Assembly (NCBI GenBank): GCA_028865345.1
Contig: JAGWKL010000002.1
Coordinates: forward strand, 128,665-192,664
Source of the DNA: Candidatus Omnitrophota bacterium
GTDB taxonomy: Bacteria > Omnitrophota > Gorgyraeia > Zapsychrales > Fredricksoniimonadaceae
Direction: 5' to 3'
Length of the DNA: 64,000 nucleotides
The position numbers and the translations under genes were made by a program. Position 1 is the first letter of the stretch; every line of letters begins with the position of its first letter. Under the pieces are notes generated by a model. That model searched no databases. It was given only the letters and a program-made list of their open reading frames with translations, and was not told the origin of the DNA. Positions 10,375 to 22,000 of this stretch are shown here, piece after piece.

Positions 10375-11250
10375 TTACCAATCCTTCAACACGGGCCTGG
10401 TATCGATTTTTTGAGACATATAGTTTAAAAGCCTCCTGGGTTCTTCGTTCTGCCGATAATCCTCCAGGGCCCTCTCAGCCTGTTGCCGATCAAGTTCCTG
10501 TTGGCTTTCTGCGGCTTGAGACTGTGGTTTCTGTTGATTTTGCCCCTTAGATCCGGAAGATTGCTGTTGTTCCGGTTGCTTCTGCGACTTTTGCCGGCCC
10601 TGCCGGCTGTGTTGGTTTTGTTGCCGGTTTTGTTTCCGGTTCTTTTCTTGATTTTGCCGGCTCTGTTGATTTTGCTGATGCTGTTGATTCTGTTGCTGTT
10701 TCTGATTTTTACGCTGTTGCTGCTGTTTCGCCTGCCCCCCGGCCTTTTGAGGGGGGAGCTTCTTTAACCGCTCAATTTCTTTTCTGACCACACCCTCATT
10801 AAATAACGCATCCTGGTCCTTCGGGTTTTGTCCCAGGGCCTGTCCGTATTGTCCCAGCGCCTGCTGCAAGGTCTCGATGGCGCCGTTAACATCGGCGCCT
10901 TCCTTTTGCACGCCTGCCCTGTAAAGATCGTTGCCTAAATTATACTCCGCCAGGGGCTTTATTTTAGAATTTTTATCCCGGGCCGCTTGCTCCAAATACC
11001 CAAAGGCCTTTGCATAATCACCCTTTTTATACAAGGCCGTGCCTAAATCATATTTGACGACCGGTGATTGACCGTTCTGTTGTAAAGCCTCTTGATAAAG
11101 TTTAAGGGCATCATCGAATTTCCCGTGCTTATACAAGCTGTTGGCATGGTTCACATCACCTGCAACGGAAGCAAAAGCGCTGGAAGAAAAAATGAATATT
11201 ATGAAAAACAAGGAAAGCAAAAATATATTCTTTTCACGGTGAGAATTCAC
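10375..11250 (-). CDS. BatC-like TPR protein with Gln-rich linker
   Basis: TPR repeats (YNLGN), Q/N-rich tract and C-terminal KDW; GTG start overlaps the batB stop (GTGA). Confidence 0.8.
   Translation of the reverse strand: MNSHREKNIFLLSLFFIIFIFSSSAFASVAGDVNHANSLYKHGKFDDALKLYQEALQQNGQSPVVKYDLGTALYKKGDYAKAFGYLEQAARDKNSKIKPLAEYNLGNDLYRAGVQKEGADVNGAIETLQQALGQYGQALGQNPKDQDALFNEGVVRKEIERLKKLPPQKAGGQAKQQQQRKNQKQQQNQQHQQNQQSRQNQEKNRKQNRQQNQHSRQGRQKSQKQPEQQQSSGSKGQNQQKPQSQAAESQQELDRQQAERALEDYRQNEEPRRLLNYMSQKIDTRPVLKDW
10730..10758. repeat. Palindromic element inside the BatC-like CDS (encodes LPPQKAGGQA)
   Basis: GCCTGCCCCCC-GGCCTTTTGA-GGGGGGAG; near-identical to 51252-51277. Confidence 0.55.
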
Positions 11251-12254
11251 GCTGTTTTTCTCCTCGTCAAGATAAGCATCTCTATCAACAACAGAATAAA
11301 TGCCAGCGTCAACGGCCACTGGAAACGCTCATCATACAGGCGGGCCATCTTCGCTTCGGCATCATGTTTCTTCAATTTTGACAGCTGCCGGTCATATAAA
11401 TAATCCAGACCAAACCTCTCCGCCCCGCTATGGACATAAGCGCCACCGGTAAGATAAGCGATCTGCTGCAACAAATTTTCATTCAAATGAGACTTGATAT
11501 AATCGCCGTTTGAATCTTTGAGAAACTCCAGCTGACCATTGGCACCAGGCACCTGGATCAGATCCCCTGCCCTGGTGCCGACCCCTACCGTAAAAATACG
11601 AATCCCCTTTTGGCTGGCGCGCCGGGCCGCGCTGACGGCATCGCCTTCTTCCTGTTCTCCATCGGTGATCAAAACGACGGCCTTATCGGAATTGACCATG
11701 CCCTGATAAGCCTTGATGCTCTCATCAATGGCTGCCGCGATGTCCGTGCCGCCGCGGGGAATGGAATCAACGCTCAAATCATCCAGGCTCAGCAAGAAAC
11801 CGTTGTAATCATAGGTAAAGGGGCACATCAGCATCGCGTCCCCTGCAAAGGCAATAAGGCCGATGCGGTCCGAACCGTCCAAATTCTTGACCATGTCCCT
11901 GACAGCAAGCTTGACCCTTTCAAGGCGTGAAGGCAGCACGTCTTGCGTCAACATGCTTTTTGATACGTCAATGGTAAACATAATGTCCAGGCCGTGACGC
12001 CTGACCGACAGTTGATGATACCCCCATTGGGGTCGGCTTAAGGCAATGACCATGAATACAAAAGCTGCTATCAAGAATACGGCCTTCCATCGGTAAAGTT
12101 TCTTATCTCCCCCCCGGGCCAATTCGCTCAACAGATGGTCCTGGGCAAAACGCGACATCATCCGGCAGCGGTGTTGATAAAACCAATGCAGGCCGAAGGC
12201 GATCAAAGGCAGCAGCCAAAATAAATGCCAGGCTTGAGGATTCGCGAAAATCAT
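11247..12254 (-). CDS. batB: BatB-like vWA domain protein
   Basis: BatA-type N-terminus (FANP..W), MIDAS DVSKS, GTDI and LITDGE; ATGA overlap with batA. Confidence 0.85.
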   Translation of the reverse strand: MIFANPQAWHLFWLLPLIAFGLHWFYQHRCRMMSRFAQDHLLSELARGGDKKLYRWKAVFLIAAFVFMVIALSRPQWGYHQLSVRRHGLDIMFTIDVSKSMLTQDVLPSRLERVKLAVRDMVKNLDGSDRIGLIAFAGDAMLMCPFTYDYNGFLLSLDDLSVDSIPRGGTDIAAAIDESIKAYQGMVNSDKAVVLITDGEQEEGDAVSAARRASQKGIRIFTVGVGTRAGDLIQVPGANGQLEFLKDSNGDYIKSHLNENLLQQIAYLTGGAYVHSGAERFGLDYLYDRQLSKLKKHDAEAKMARLYDERFQWPLTLAFILLLIEMLILTRRKTA

Positions 12255-13255
12255 GGAATTTTCAAGAATACAGTATTGTTTAGAATGATTTCCAGGGCCA
12301 GCAGCACCATGGCCCCATCTAAAAAGAACCAAAACATCGGTTGGTACATCTTATAGCCTTTTTCCCGGATTTTGGATTTTTCCATTCGGTTGATCCGGGC
12401 ATAAATCCGCCGCAGGGAGCCCGTGTCCGCCGCACGGAAATACTCGCCCCCGGTCATGGCGGCGATCTTCTTAAGTGTTCCCTCATCCAAATCAAACTGT
12501 GCCTCCTCATAATGGGTGTTGCCGAATGCGTCGGTCACCGGAAAAGGCACAATTCCCGTTGTCCCGGCGCCTATCGTGTAGATTTTTACACCCAAGGCCT
12601 GGGCGGCACGGGCCGCGGTCAAAGGGCTGATAGAGCCGGAATTGTTGACCCCGTCGGTCAAAAGCACGATGACCTTGGATTTGGCTTTGCTGTCCTTCAA
12701 GCGCAACAAAGACGTGGCAATCCCGGAACCTATGGCGGTCGAATCCTGGATAACACCGATACGGATGGCCCTGAGATTTTCCAACAGCCAATCATGGTCC
12801 ATGGTCAAGGGACAGACCGTATAGGCCTGTGTACCGAATACAACCAATCCTATACGGTCATTCGGACGCTCTTTAATAAATTTCTCCACCGTCTTTTTAA
12901 TAATATCCAAACGGCTGATCCGATGTCCGTTGACCTTATAATCCATGGCCGACATACTCCCCGAAACATCCAGGGTCAGGACAATATCGATGCCTTGGCC
13001 TTTGAGATTAGATACCGCCAAAAGTTTTCTGGGGCCGGCCAGCGCAACCAACAGTAGGACCAAAACCAAAATCCTTAATGCCCAGGGAAGAAAGCTCCAT
13101 TTCACGCGCCACGTGACCGGGACTGCGCTCATGAAGGACAACGACGAAAATCTTAAAGAAGCCCCTTCCCGCCGCCGGCGCTCATACCATAAGGCAGCCA
13201 GCAGTAACGGGACCACGACCAAGACCAATGGCGTTTTAAATTCGGGGATCACCAT
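12251..13255 (-). CDS. batA: BatA-like vWA domain protein
   Basis: ALAGP, MIDAS DVSGS, STAIG, LLTDGVNNSG and GGEYFRA. Confidence 0.88.
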   Translation of the reverse strand: MVIPEFKTPLVLVVVPLLLAALWYERRRREGASLRFSSLSFMSAVPVTWRVKWSFLPWALRILVLVLLLVALAGPRKLLAVSNLKGQGIDIVLTLDVSGSMSAMDYKVNGHRISRLDIIKKTVEKFIKERPNDRIGLVVFGTQAYTVCPLTMDHDWLLENLRAIRIGVIQDSTAIGSGIATSLLRLKDSKAKSKVIVLLTDGVNNSGSISPLTAARAAQALGVKIYTIGAGTTGIVPFPVTDAFGNTHYEEAQFDLDEGTLKKIAAMTGGEYFRAADTGSLRRIYARINRMEKSKIREKGYKMYQPMFWFFLDGAMVLLALEIILNNTVFLKIP

Positions 13256-13275
13256 TCCCTGTTCCTTCGACTTCG

Positions 13276-13779
13276 TTAAGTCGTTTTTGTATCCTCAACC
13301 AACTTCCTTGCAAGATCAAAATTTCTTTCCGCCTCCTTGATGGTGGGGGCGTATTGGGCGAACTTGACCATGTCACAGGAATTCAGGAATTCTTTTAACG
13401 CGGCTTTCTGGTCCTCATTGAGATGGCCGCTTATTTTCAATGAGTATAAAAACTCTTCCGTGGACATATGCGGGGCGCGGACATTAAACCTATTTTCCAT
13501 ATAACGGCGCGCGATGTCCGCCACCCGTGTAAAGAATTCCTTAAAAAGCCCCTTGTCCAATAAATTCTCCCGCTGCAAAGCTTCCAGCTGTTGGTAAGCT
13601 TTCTGCCATGCGGGTAGTTCAGGTGCCGGCGGCACAACAGACTTTCGGGGAGAATTCTTAAAATAACGAAGGAAAAAATAAACTCCGCAAGCAACAACAA
13701 GCAGCGCCAGCAGAAGCCACAACAGCCACCAAAAATCAGGCAAACCAACGGGGGGCCTGACATCTCTGATATCATTCAT
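13276..13779 (-). CDS. Bat-operon membrane protein (DUF4381-like)
   Basis: DIRDVRPP, a TM segment, MSTEEF and DMVKFA; lies between DUF58 and batA. Confidence 0.75.
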   Translation of the reverse strand: MNDIRDVRPPVGLPDFWWLLWLLLALLVVACGVYFFLRYFKNSPRKSVVPPAPELPAWQKAYQQLEALQRENLLDKGLFKEFFTRVADIARRYMENRFNVRAPHMSTEEFLYSLKISGHLNEDQKAALKEFLNSCDMVKFAQYAPTIKEAERNFDLARKLVEDTKTT

Positions 13780-13781
13780 AA

Positions 13782-14672
13782 TTATCTGCTCAAACGCCGG
13801 CGCCTTTGGGCAAAGAAGCCTGCCAGGGCCTTGGTATACGGCACATCCGTGGAAATATCAATATGGTCCATGCCAATGATATCGAACAGGCGGTTGCGTT
13901 CTTTGATCCTGTCCAAAGCTTTTGTATGGTAGACCTTGCGTAAAACATCGTGAGAAGTATCAACGACCATTTTGGCGCCAGATTCAGCGTCCTCCAGTTC
14001 GATGAGCCCGCAATCGGGCAAATCGACTTCTCGGGGATCTGTTAGGCTGATGGCGATCAAATCATGGTGCTGATTGGCAACGCGCATGGATTTACGCAAA
14101 AACCCCGGATTGGGATCCAAAAAATCGGAAATAATGAAAACCGTTGACCTACGACGGACCACCTTTGTCAGGTGTTCCAACACCAGCGGCAAGTTGGTGG
14201 CCTTGGCCTGCGGCTTGAAATAAAGGATCTCACGGACCACCCTTAGCACATGGGTTTTGCCTTTCTTAGGCGGAATAAAAAGCTCCGGCCCGTCTGTGAA
14301 CATCAAAAGCCCGACCTTGTCATTATTGCGGATGGCGGCAAAGGCCAGCACCGCGGCGATTTCGGCGGCCAATTTATTTTTCATTTGATTGGTCGAGGCA
14401 AAATGCACTGATGCCGAGGCGTCCACCAGAATCATGACGGTCAACTCGCGCTCTTCCACATATTTCTTGACGTGGGGCGCTCCGGTGCGCGCGGTGACGT
14501 TCCAGTCGATGGAACGGATGTCATCGCCGGGCTGATACTCGCGCACTTCGTCGAACTCCATGCCGCGCCCCTTGAACACGCTGTGGTACGCGCCTGCAAA
14601 CACATCCGTGACCAGGCGGTTGGTCGTAATGTCGATGCGTAGGATCTTTTCAAGGATTTCTTTAGGTATCAT
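13782..14672 (-). CDS. DUF58 domain protein
   Basis: GRGMEFDEVREYQPGDDIRSIDWNVTAR signature. Confidence 0.93.
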   Translation of the reverse strand: MIPKEILEKILRIDITTNRLVTDVFAGAYHSVFKGRGMEFDEVREYQPGDDIRSIDWNVTARTGAPHVKKYVEERELTVMILVDASASVHFASTNQMKNKLAAEIAAVLAFAAIRNNDKVGLLMFTDGPELFIPPKKGKTHVLRVVREILYFKPQAKATNLPLVLEHLTKVVRRRSTVFIISDFLDPNPGFLRKSMRVANQHHDLIAISLTDPREVDLPDCGLIELEDAESGAKMVVDTSHDVLRKVYHTKALDRIKERNRLFDIIGMDHIDISTDVPYTKALAGFFAQRRRRLSR

Positions 14673-15664
14673 GGCACTTCAACTTCATCCAATATCCGTT
14701 TAACCAGGTCCTCCGGTGTTTTGCCTTCGGCCTCAGCTTCGTAACTGGGAATGACCCGGTGACGCAAAACATCCATGCCGATCGATTTGACATCCTGCGG
14801 GGTCACAAATCCCCTGCCCTGAATAAACGCATGCGCGCGACCCGCCAGCGCCAAATTGATCGTGGCCCTGGGGCTTGCGCCATACAGGATAAGCCCTTTG
14901 AGATCGTCGAGTTTATACCTTTCCGGATTACGGGTGGCCTCGACGATCCGGACAATGTAATCCTCTATCTTTTCGTCCATGTAAATTTCATCCACGACCG
15001 ACCGCAGACGGACAATGTCCGCGGGGGCGGCCACGGCCTGCACGCCTATGGACGGACCTGTTCTGCCCATGCGTTTGAGGATCTTGAGTTCTTCGTCCAT
15101 GGCCGGATACGTGATCTTCACCTTGAGCATGAAACGGTCCACCTGGGCTTCCGGCAAAGGATAGGTCCCTTCCTGTTCAATGGGATTTTGGGTGGCCAGG
15201 ACCAAAAACGGGTCATCCAGTTTCAGGGTCTCTTCGCCGATCGTCACCTGCCGCTCCTGCATGGCTTCAAGGAGCGCGCTTTGCACCTTGGCCGGCGCGC
15301 GGTTGATCTCATCGGCCAAAATGATATTGGCAAAAACCGGCCCCTTTTTGACATTGAAATTCCCTGTACGCGCATCAAAAATAAGCGTACCCGTCAAATC
15401 CGCGGGAAGCATATCCGGAGTAAATTGCAGGCGATGGAATTTGGCCCGGATCGTCGCGGAGAGCGTCTTGACTGCCGTAGTCTTGGCCAAGCCCGGCACT
15501 CCTTCGACCAGGACATGGCCATTGGCCAGAATGCCTATCAACAGACGGTCTATCAACACGCTTTGACCGACAATTACCTTTGAAGTTTCAAAACGAATCG
15601 CATCAATGAGTCCTGATTCTTTTTTGACCTTATCATTGATGACGCTGATATCTGCAAGAGCCAT
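14669..15664 (-). CDS. moxR: MoxR family AAA+ ATPase
   Basis: Walker A GVPGLAKT, LADEINRAPAKVQSALLEAM, ATQNPIEQEGTYPLPEAQ and YGASPRA. Confidence 0.96.
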   Translation of the reverse strand: MALADISVINDKVKKESGLIDAIRFETSKVIVGQSVLIDRLLIGILANGHVLVEGVPGLAKTTAVKTLSATIRAKFHRLQFTPDMLPADLTGTLIFDARTGNFNVKKGPVFANIILADEINRAPAKVQSALLEAMQERQVTIGEETLKLDDPFLVLATQNPIEQEGTYPLPEAQVDRFMLKVKITYPAMDEELKILKRMGRTGPSIGVQAVAAPADIVRLRSVVDEIYMDEKIEDYIVRIVEATRNPERYKLDDLKGLILYGASPRATINLALAGRAHAFIQGRGFVTPQDVKSIGMDVLRHRVIPSYEAEAEGKTPEDLVKRILDEVEVP

Positions 15665-15779
15665 GCTTTGCCTCCTTGACTTAAAGGACGATTATTTGTT
15701 TCAACCCATTGAATTGAAAAAACGGCAGTGAATAATATTATAAAAAACGAGATGAGGAATGCAAGCAGATTAGAATTTC

Positions 15780-18527
15780 TTAACCCGTACTTTTCATGCC
15801 GGATGCAATGCCGTTGACCGTCAACAGCAGGATGGCGTCGATCTTGGATCGCCTGGCTTGGGCAGCGGAATCATCCAATTGTTCCTTTTCCTGCAGGAAC
15901 CGGACCTGAATATAATTCAAGGGGTCCACATAGGGGTTGCGCACCTTAATGGATTCCTTTAAAACTTTATGATAATCCAACAGTTCTTTCTGCTGCGAAA
16001 TCAACAGGACGCTATTCACCGCCGCTTGATGCTCCTGTTCAATGGCGTGGTGGATATTTTGACGTAAAATATCATCGACAACGATTTGGGAATACAACTC
16101 GGCAATATAAAGGTCGGATTTGGCCAGTGAAATTTGCAAATTATGGATCATAGAGGTAAAAAAAGGCCATTGCTTGTACATCTGCCTTAATACATCGAGG
16201 CCCCGCGGGTCTTGATCGATATATTTTTTAAAAGCATGCCCCGCCCCATACCACGCAGAGATGATGTAACGCGACTGCACCCAACTGAAGACCCAGGGAA
16301 TGGCGCGCAGCTGCTCAAAGCTTTGGGAGCCGCTGCGGGCCGCGGGCCTGGAGCCGATCTTGGTGATCTTAAGAACGTTGATGGGGGTGGCCTGATGATA
16401 AAAATCCAAAAATCCTGGCGTTTCGAAGATCAGCCGCCGGTAAAACAGGAATGAGTCCTCGGACATTCGGGCCAACAATTTTTCCCAGCCGGTCCATTTC
16501 GGATTTTTCTTGATGGCGCGGTTGGTCACCAGATTGGTCCATGCCACGGCCGTGATCAATTGCTCCATGTTGCGTTTGGCCACCATGGGGTTGGCGTATT
16601 TTTGTGAAATAACTTCCCCCTGTTCGGTGATCTTGATACGGCCCCCGACGGCAGAAAACGGCTGTCCTAAAATGGCCCGGTGAGATTCTCCACCGCCGCG
16701 ATCGACGGTTCCGCCCTTGCCGTGAAATAATTTGATCCTGACGCCATATTTTTCAGCGACTTTGTATAAATTCTGCTGGGCCAGATACAAATGCCAGTTG
16801 GCGGCCAGATAACCCCCGTCCTTGCTGCTGTCGGAATAACCCAACATGATCTCCTGAACATCCCCCCTCGCCCTGAGATAAGAACGGTATAAAGGAACGC
16901 TGAATAATTCTTCCATGATCTTATGGCAATTGTGCAGGGCACTGATCGTCTCAAACAAAGGCACGACGCCGATGGAAGCCCTTTTGACACGCTTATGCGC
17001 CACATGGACCAGGCCTTCCTGTTTGGCCAAATACAACAGGGCCAGCAGATCCTCCGAGGTTTGGGTCATGCTGAGTATGTAGGAATCTACGATATCCCGA
17101 TCAAACAATTCTTTAAGCCGGCGGAAGGTCTTGAATTGGGCCAGGATGTCCTTTGCATCAGGAGAGGAAACCGCCTTTTTGCCGGTTTTGGGTGAGCTTA
17201 TTTTATTGATTAAAACATCCGGCTGCATACCGTCAGGGCCCAAAAGTTCCTGAAGGGTCATATGGACCTTCCTGGCGTGGTCCCTGAAATCCAGGCGGGC
17301 CAGGAAAAAACGGAAGGCTTTGGCCTGCACAATAAGCCGCCTTAAATCCCCTTCGCAGGCACATCCCCCCCGGTTTTTGCTCAAACTTTCCTGGACGGTC
17401 AAAATATCAGCGATAAATTCATCCGCATTCTTATATCTCCCCTTTTTGCCCGTCAGCACAGATTCCAACCTGTAATGGATAAAAGAAAATTTCTTACGGT
17501 AAATTTCAGAGCTTTCATAACGCCCCAGTTCACGGGCCTGTTGGGGAAGCGTTTGTGCATCATGCTCTATGGAATCGAGGAATTTCTTACTGACTTGGAC
17601 ATGCTGGGTTGACTGGCTGAATTTACGGATGAAATTCTCAACGGACAATAAATAAAACTTGACGATGAGCCTTCTTTGTTTGCGCGCGGTGATCATGGTG
17701 ATTTCCGGAGTGACATTGGGGTTCCCGTCGCGGTCCGCCCCCACCCATGAACCAAAATGGATAAACGGCTCGATATCGTCCTGGACAACCGCTCCCAGAC
17801 CCTCGAATTCCCGGCGGACCTTTTCATGGATGTTGGCCAGCAGGCTTATGATCGTGCGTTCAAAATAATACAAAGTATGATCCACTTCATCGAGGACTTC
17901 CACCTTGCGATGACGCACCTCGGAGGTCTGCCAGAGGATCTCCAGGGTTTCCTTGATACGTTTGGTAAGCAAATCATGTTCAGGAATGGTCAGATCCTGC
18001 CTGTTGAGCTGGATCAATTGTCCGCTGATAAAAAAAAGGTGGTCCAGGACCGTTCGCCGTTTGACTTCCGTAGGATGTGCAGTCAACACGGGCCCGATAT
18101 CACAATGGCTCAAAAAATTAAGGATTTCCTTGGCCCCATACCCTTCTTCCATAAGGTCCTTAAACAATTTCTTGAGTGACATTTCCTGAAAAATTTCCGG
18201 GGAACGTTCATAGTCCCGCAGGCGGCGGATGCGCTGCACTTCTTCGGCGATATTGACCATCTGAAAATAGACGGTAAAGGCACGTGCCACATGATAAGCT
18301 TCATCTTCCGACAGAGACCGGATCAACCGCTTCTGGGATTCGATCATCAAAGGGTTACGTTTGTCCCGTATCTCCTGGGCGAGGGTGCGGATCTCCTCCA
18401 CTTTAAGCAAAAGGGCATCCCCTTCCTGCTCACGGATGATCTCGGTCAAAAGCCTGGTTAAAAAACGGATATCCTGGCGCAGCTGATTTTGAGAAGGGGC
18501 TGAAGGAATAATTTCTTCTTTAAACAT
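15780..18527 (-). CDS. ppc: Phosphoenolpyruvate carboxylase (bacterial type)
   Basis: VLTAHPTE, GSWVGADRDGNP, MLGYSDSSKDGG, LRAIPWVFSW and C-terminal GMKSTG. Confidence 0.96.
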   Translation of the reverse strand: MFKEEIIPSAPSQNQLRQDIRFLTRLLTEIIREQEGDALLLKVEEIRTLAQEIRDKRNPLMIESQKRLIRSLSEDEAYHVARAFTVYFQMVNIAEEVQRIRRLRDYERSPEIFQEMSLKKLFKDLMEEGYGAKEILNFLSHCDIGPVLTAHPTEVKRRTVLDHLFFISGQLIQLNRQDLTIPEHDLLTKRIKETLEILWQTSEVRHRKVEVLDEVDHTLYYFERTIISLLANIHEKVRREFEGLGAVVQDDIEPFIHFGSWVGADRDGNPNVTPEITMITARKQRRLIVKFYLLSVENFIRKFSQSTQHVQVSKKFLDSIEHDAQTLPQQARELGRYESSEIYRKKFSFIHYRLESVLTGKKGRYKNADEFIADILTVQESLSKNRGGCACEGDLRRLIVQAKAFRFFLARLDFRDHARKVHMTLQELLGPDGMQPDVLINKISSPKTGKKAVSSPDAKDILAQFKTFRRLKELFDRDIVDSYILSMTQTSEDLLALLYLAKQEGLVHVAHKRVKRASIGVVPLFETISALHNCHKIMEELFSVPLYRSYLRARGDVQEIMLGYSDSSKDGGYLAANWHLYLAQQNLYKVAEKYGVRIKLFHGKGGTVDRGGGESHRAILGQPFSAVGGRIKITEQGEVISQKYANPMVAKRNMEQLITAVAWTNLVTNRAIKKNPKWTGWEKLLARMSEDSFLFYRRLIFETPGFLDFYHQATPINVLKITKIGSRPAARSGSQSFEQLRAIPWVFSWVQSRYIISAWYGAGHAFKKYIDQDPRGLDVLRQMYKQWPFFTSMIHNLQISLAKSDLYIAELYSQIVVDDILRQNIHHAIEQEHQAAVNSVLLISQQKELLDYHKVLKESIKVRNPYVDPLNYIQVRFLQEKEQLDDSAAQARRSKIDAILLLTVNGIASGMKSTG

Positions 18528-18530
18528 TAT

Positions 18531-19043
18531 TTATAGCAGGGATTTATAGCCGCCGAGCGTGATCTTGTGACCGACGTCTTCTATTTTCTTCCTCAGGCGG
18601 TCTTTATGATCTTTCATTTGAGAGGAGACATTTTCGTCAGAGGTCGCTATGATTTGAGCCGCCAAAATACCGGCATTTCTGGCACCGTCAACGGCAACCG
18701 TGGCCACAGGAACGCCTTCGGGCATCTGGACAATGGACAGCAACGAATCCAGGCCACCCATGGAATTGGCTGATTTGACCGGAACTCCTATGACCGGCAA
18801 GGTTGTCAGCGCCGCCACCACCCCCGGCAAATGGGCCGCTCCGCCGGCACCGGCGATGATGACTTTTAGACCGCGGGAAGCAGCTTTGGAGGCGTATTCG
18901 CAGGTGAGCTCAGGCGCGCGGTGCGCTGAAATCACGCTGACCTCATGGGGGATCCCGAATTCATCCAGAACCTCTGCCGCCTTGCTCATCAATTTCAGGT
19001 CCGACTGACTGCCCATAATGATACCGACCAATGGTTTTTTCAT
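18531..19043 (-). CDS. purE: N5-CAIR mutase
   Basis: [24 protein letters not shown] and [13 protein letters not shown]. Confidence 0.96.
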   Translation of the reverse strand: MKKPLVGIIMGSQSDLKLMSKAAEVLDEFGIPHEVSVISAHRAPELTCEYASKAASRGLKVIIAGAGGAAHLPGVVAALTTLPVIGVPVKSANSMGGLDSLLSIVQMPEGVPVATVAVDGARNAGILAAQIIATSDENVSSQMKDHKDRLRKKIEDVGHKITLGGYKSLL

Positions 19044-19066
19044 ACATTATCCTTTCATTACAAAAA

Positions 19067-22000
19067 TTAACTCAAAAAAACATCGATACGATCAACAGCC
19101 CCCTGCCGGACATCCCGGGCATAAGGGGCGTTTAAAGTACTGCCATCGAACTCCACCCGGCGGCGGTCAGGATAGGTCAACACGATCTTTTGCGCGCTGA
19201 CGCCCTGATTTCCATAAGTATCTTTCATTTGGGGGTTATGATACGTAATCATGGTCTTACCGAACAACTTAAAAGCATAGGTGTGTGCCGCAAACGGGCC
19301 CTTGGCTTTCCGGGTGAATAACCACGACGGCAACAAGGGCCTAAAGGTGAGCGCCAGCCTGCCGTGTTTATCCAGGACAAAAGGCCTGGTGCCCATGTTC
19401 ATGATAAGCCACATATGCAAAAACTCAGCTGTGCTGCCTGAAAGCCTGGCCACAAAACCCTGACCGTGCAGGTCCTTATCTTCATGGGCTGAAGAAACGA
19501 TAAAAGAAGAATTCTGCAGGATGCTGCGGCCATAAACCTGCGGATCCAAGAACGGGACCAGGGCTTCGCGAATCTCTGCGAAGAGTTCTTCCGCCAGGCC
19601 GCTGCGAAGGAGCTCGAGATAATATTTATATTCCATATGGAGCCATATGGACCCGTTCTCAAGCCATCCGGCAGGAAAAATACGGGTACGGCCGATCTCG
19701 TCGGGTTCTTTGGACAAGTCCGCATTGACCTTGTAAGCCCGAAGCGCACGGTCATACAAGGGGCTCGAACGGACCGCTTTATAAACGGCTTTCGCCTCGG
19801 GAAAGCCGTTGCCCGCCCTCATAGCATGCACAAAACCCTCTAAAAATAAAGGCAGATCATGGCGCCTGAAGGTCTTGGCACGGACATGCTGGCCATGGTG
19901 TGATTTATCCAAAAGATCGTATTCAATGACTTCATGGGTAAAATAAGTGGCGAAAAGGCCGTTGTCGTACCGGGATTTGGTTGCGGCCATGCTGCACCTT
20001 TCCATGATACCATCCAGGAATTTCTTGATTTCACCGATGGACAAAGACCTTTCCTTTCCATCGATCCCGTAACGGACGGTTTGACGGAAATGCTCTTTGA
20101 GGTCAGTGGCCTTTTGCCAGTATTTTAAAGGATCGGCTTCCGTAGACAGAACGTGGATGAGCCCCTGTATAAAATCCGCCAATTCCTGGAACACCTCGAC
20201 GGTAGTTTGATCGTCCAATCTTGATTGCCGTATGGCCTCTTTGACAAAAACAGCAAACCGTTTGAGCTCAAAAGTTTCGGAAATCGACGAGCCCAGCAAG
20301 CCGGGCAAGCCATTAAGGGCGTCATACCAATTGGGTTTATTGGCCTCCATTTCGATCCCGATGCCGCTGGGATCAAGACTTGCGGCTTTATTGGCCAACA
20401 GACAAATCAATTTGACCAAAAGAATGGTCGTATATACTTCACCCTGGCCGTTGGCAGCCCTTAATTTATACCCTTTGGCCCTGGCCTTCACCTCTTTATC
20501 GTGCTCGGCCAGGGAATGGTATTGCCTCACCCCGACAGGAGTCAAAACCAGGCGCGCGTCCCTCGGCAGCACATAAAAATCGTTCAAAAAGAAATGAAAC
20601 ACTTTCTTTTCCCAGAAGATCTCTCTTAAATTTTCCGGGTAAAGCCTTAAGTAACTTTCAATAAGGTCCAGATTATAGGTCCAGTGGTCGGTCCAAAAAC
20701 CTTCACCCGGTTCCACAGATTCATGTTTAACGCAAGCCCCCAGGACCTTTGTCAGGAAATCAACGGGCTTGGCCTTAATAGGGACTTCCCGTAATATCAA
20801 TTTCAACAGGTCTCCCGGCATGAAACCTTTTTTAAGCATCTCTTTGATCTTGTCCGCTCCCTGGACAATACCGAATGCGTTCAACAACCCATGGACCATC
20901 CCCTCATCCTTAATGACAAAAAAGGTGCCCTTGATGATCAACGGATTGTATCCGTCGGCCTGGATCAAATTCAAAAAATCGATGAGACTGCTGTCCTTAA
21001 CGTCCCTATTAAACCAGATATCGTTGCGGCGGTTCTGGTTGACGTCGCGGTAGTTGCCGTTGCCCTGGGACAGGAAGGTGGGGGCCAGCATGAAGAAATT
21101 GTAATCGCGCTCCAGGTCTCCGTGCTTGCGCCCGTAAACATTGAAGACGCAAGGTCCCTGCGCGCTTTGCAGGGTGACAGGCAGACCGCCGCGCAAGACA
21201 TTGTCCATAAAGTTCTGACCGCAATACTGGTTGAATTCATCAGAGGAACTGTGGGTAAAACAATGGTCCCTGATCCCGTCAATGATCTGCCGGTTAAGCC
21301 CGGCCTTGGTTTCTATAAACTTAGCGGCCGTAGCTTTTTTGACCACTTTTTTCAACTCCGTCAGATCGTGGGCAAATCCGACGAGGCTCGCGAAAGAATG
21401 CCTCTTGCCCCCCGCCAATGAAAAACGGCAGACGCTCATCGCCGACGGCGTGCGGTTGGATGTTTCCTGGAGGGCCGGCAGTAAAAAATTCTTTTGGGTA
21501 ATGAAATTCTCTGGCACCAGGAAATCGCTGGCGGCGCCAAAGACAACGGACGCCTCCACCACCACATCCAAAAGTTTGGCCGTCGACTCATCAAAGGCAA
21601 AATAAAAATTACCCTCTTTAATGGGGGTAACCTGCGGGGTGTCAGCCACCTCTACTTTTAGCTGATAAAAAGGCGCTTTATTGCCGACATTTTGCACCTT
21701 TGACCAGGCCTCCACCGTACGGCTCATGTTTTTGGCAAGCCAATCCTTAAGACCATAGGGATTGATAACAGGCAGGCCGTCCACACAACTGAAATCCACC
21801 CTTCTGCGGCCTATATTCTCGAAAGTCACACGGCGCACCAGGGCCGCAAAAGGCTCCTGTGGCATAGTGAAGTAATTGACAACCGTCTTGATCCCCAAGG
21901 TGTTGTTGACCTCTTCAATGGTCAGGTCATGGGCGGTGATCAGCATGCGTTGACGGATCTTATAAGGCGAAACCAGACTGTTGTCAAAAGGCTCATAAAA

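Noticed and set aside
10490-10730. Repetitive CTG/TTG-rich tract resembling a tandem repeat or array
   Set aside because: It encodes the Gln/Asn-rich linker typical of BatC proteins and has no fixed repeat unit or spacers.
8540-15664. MoxR-DUF58-vWA-TPR-BatD cluster as a novel system
   Set aside because: It matches the already described Bat operon architecture.
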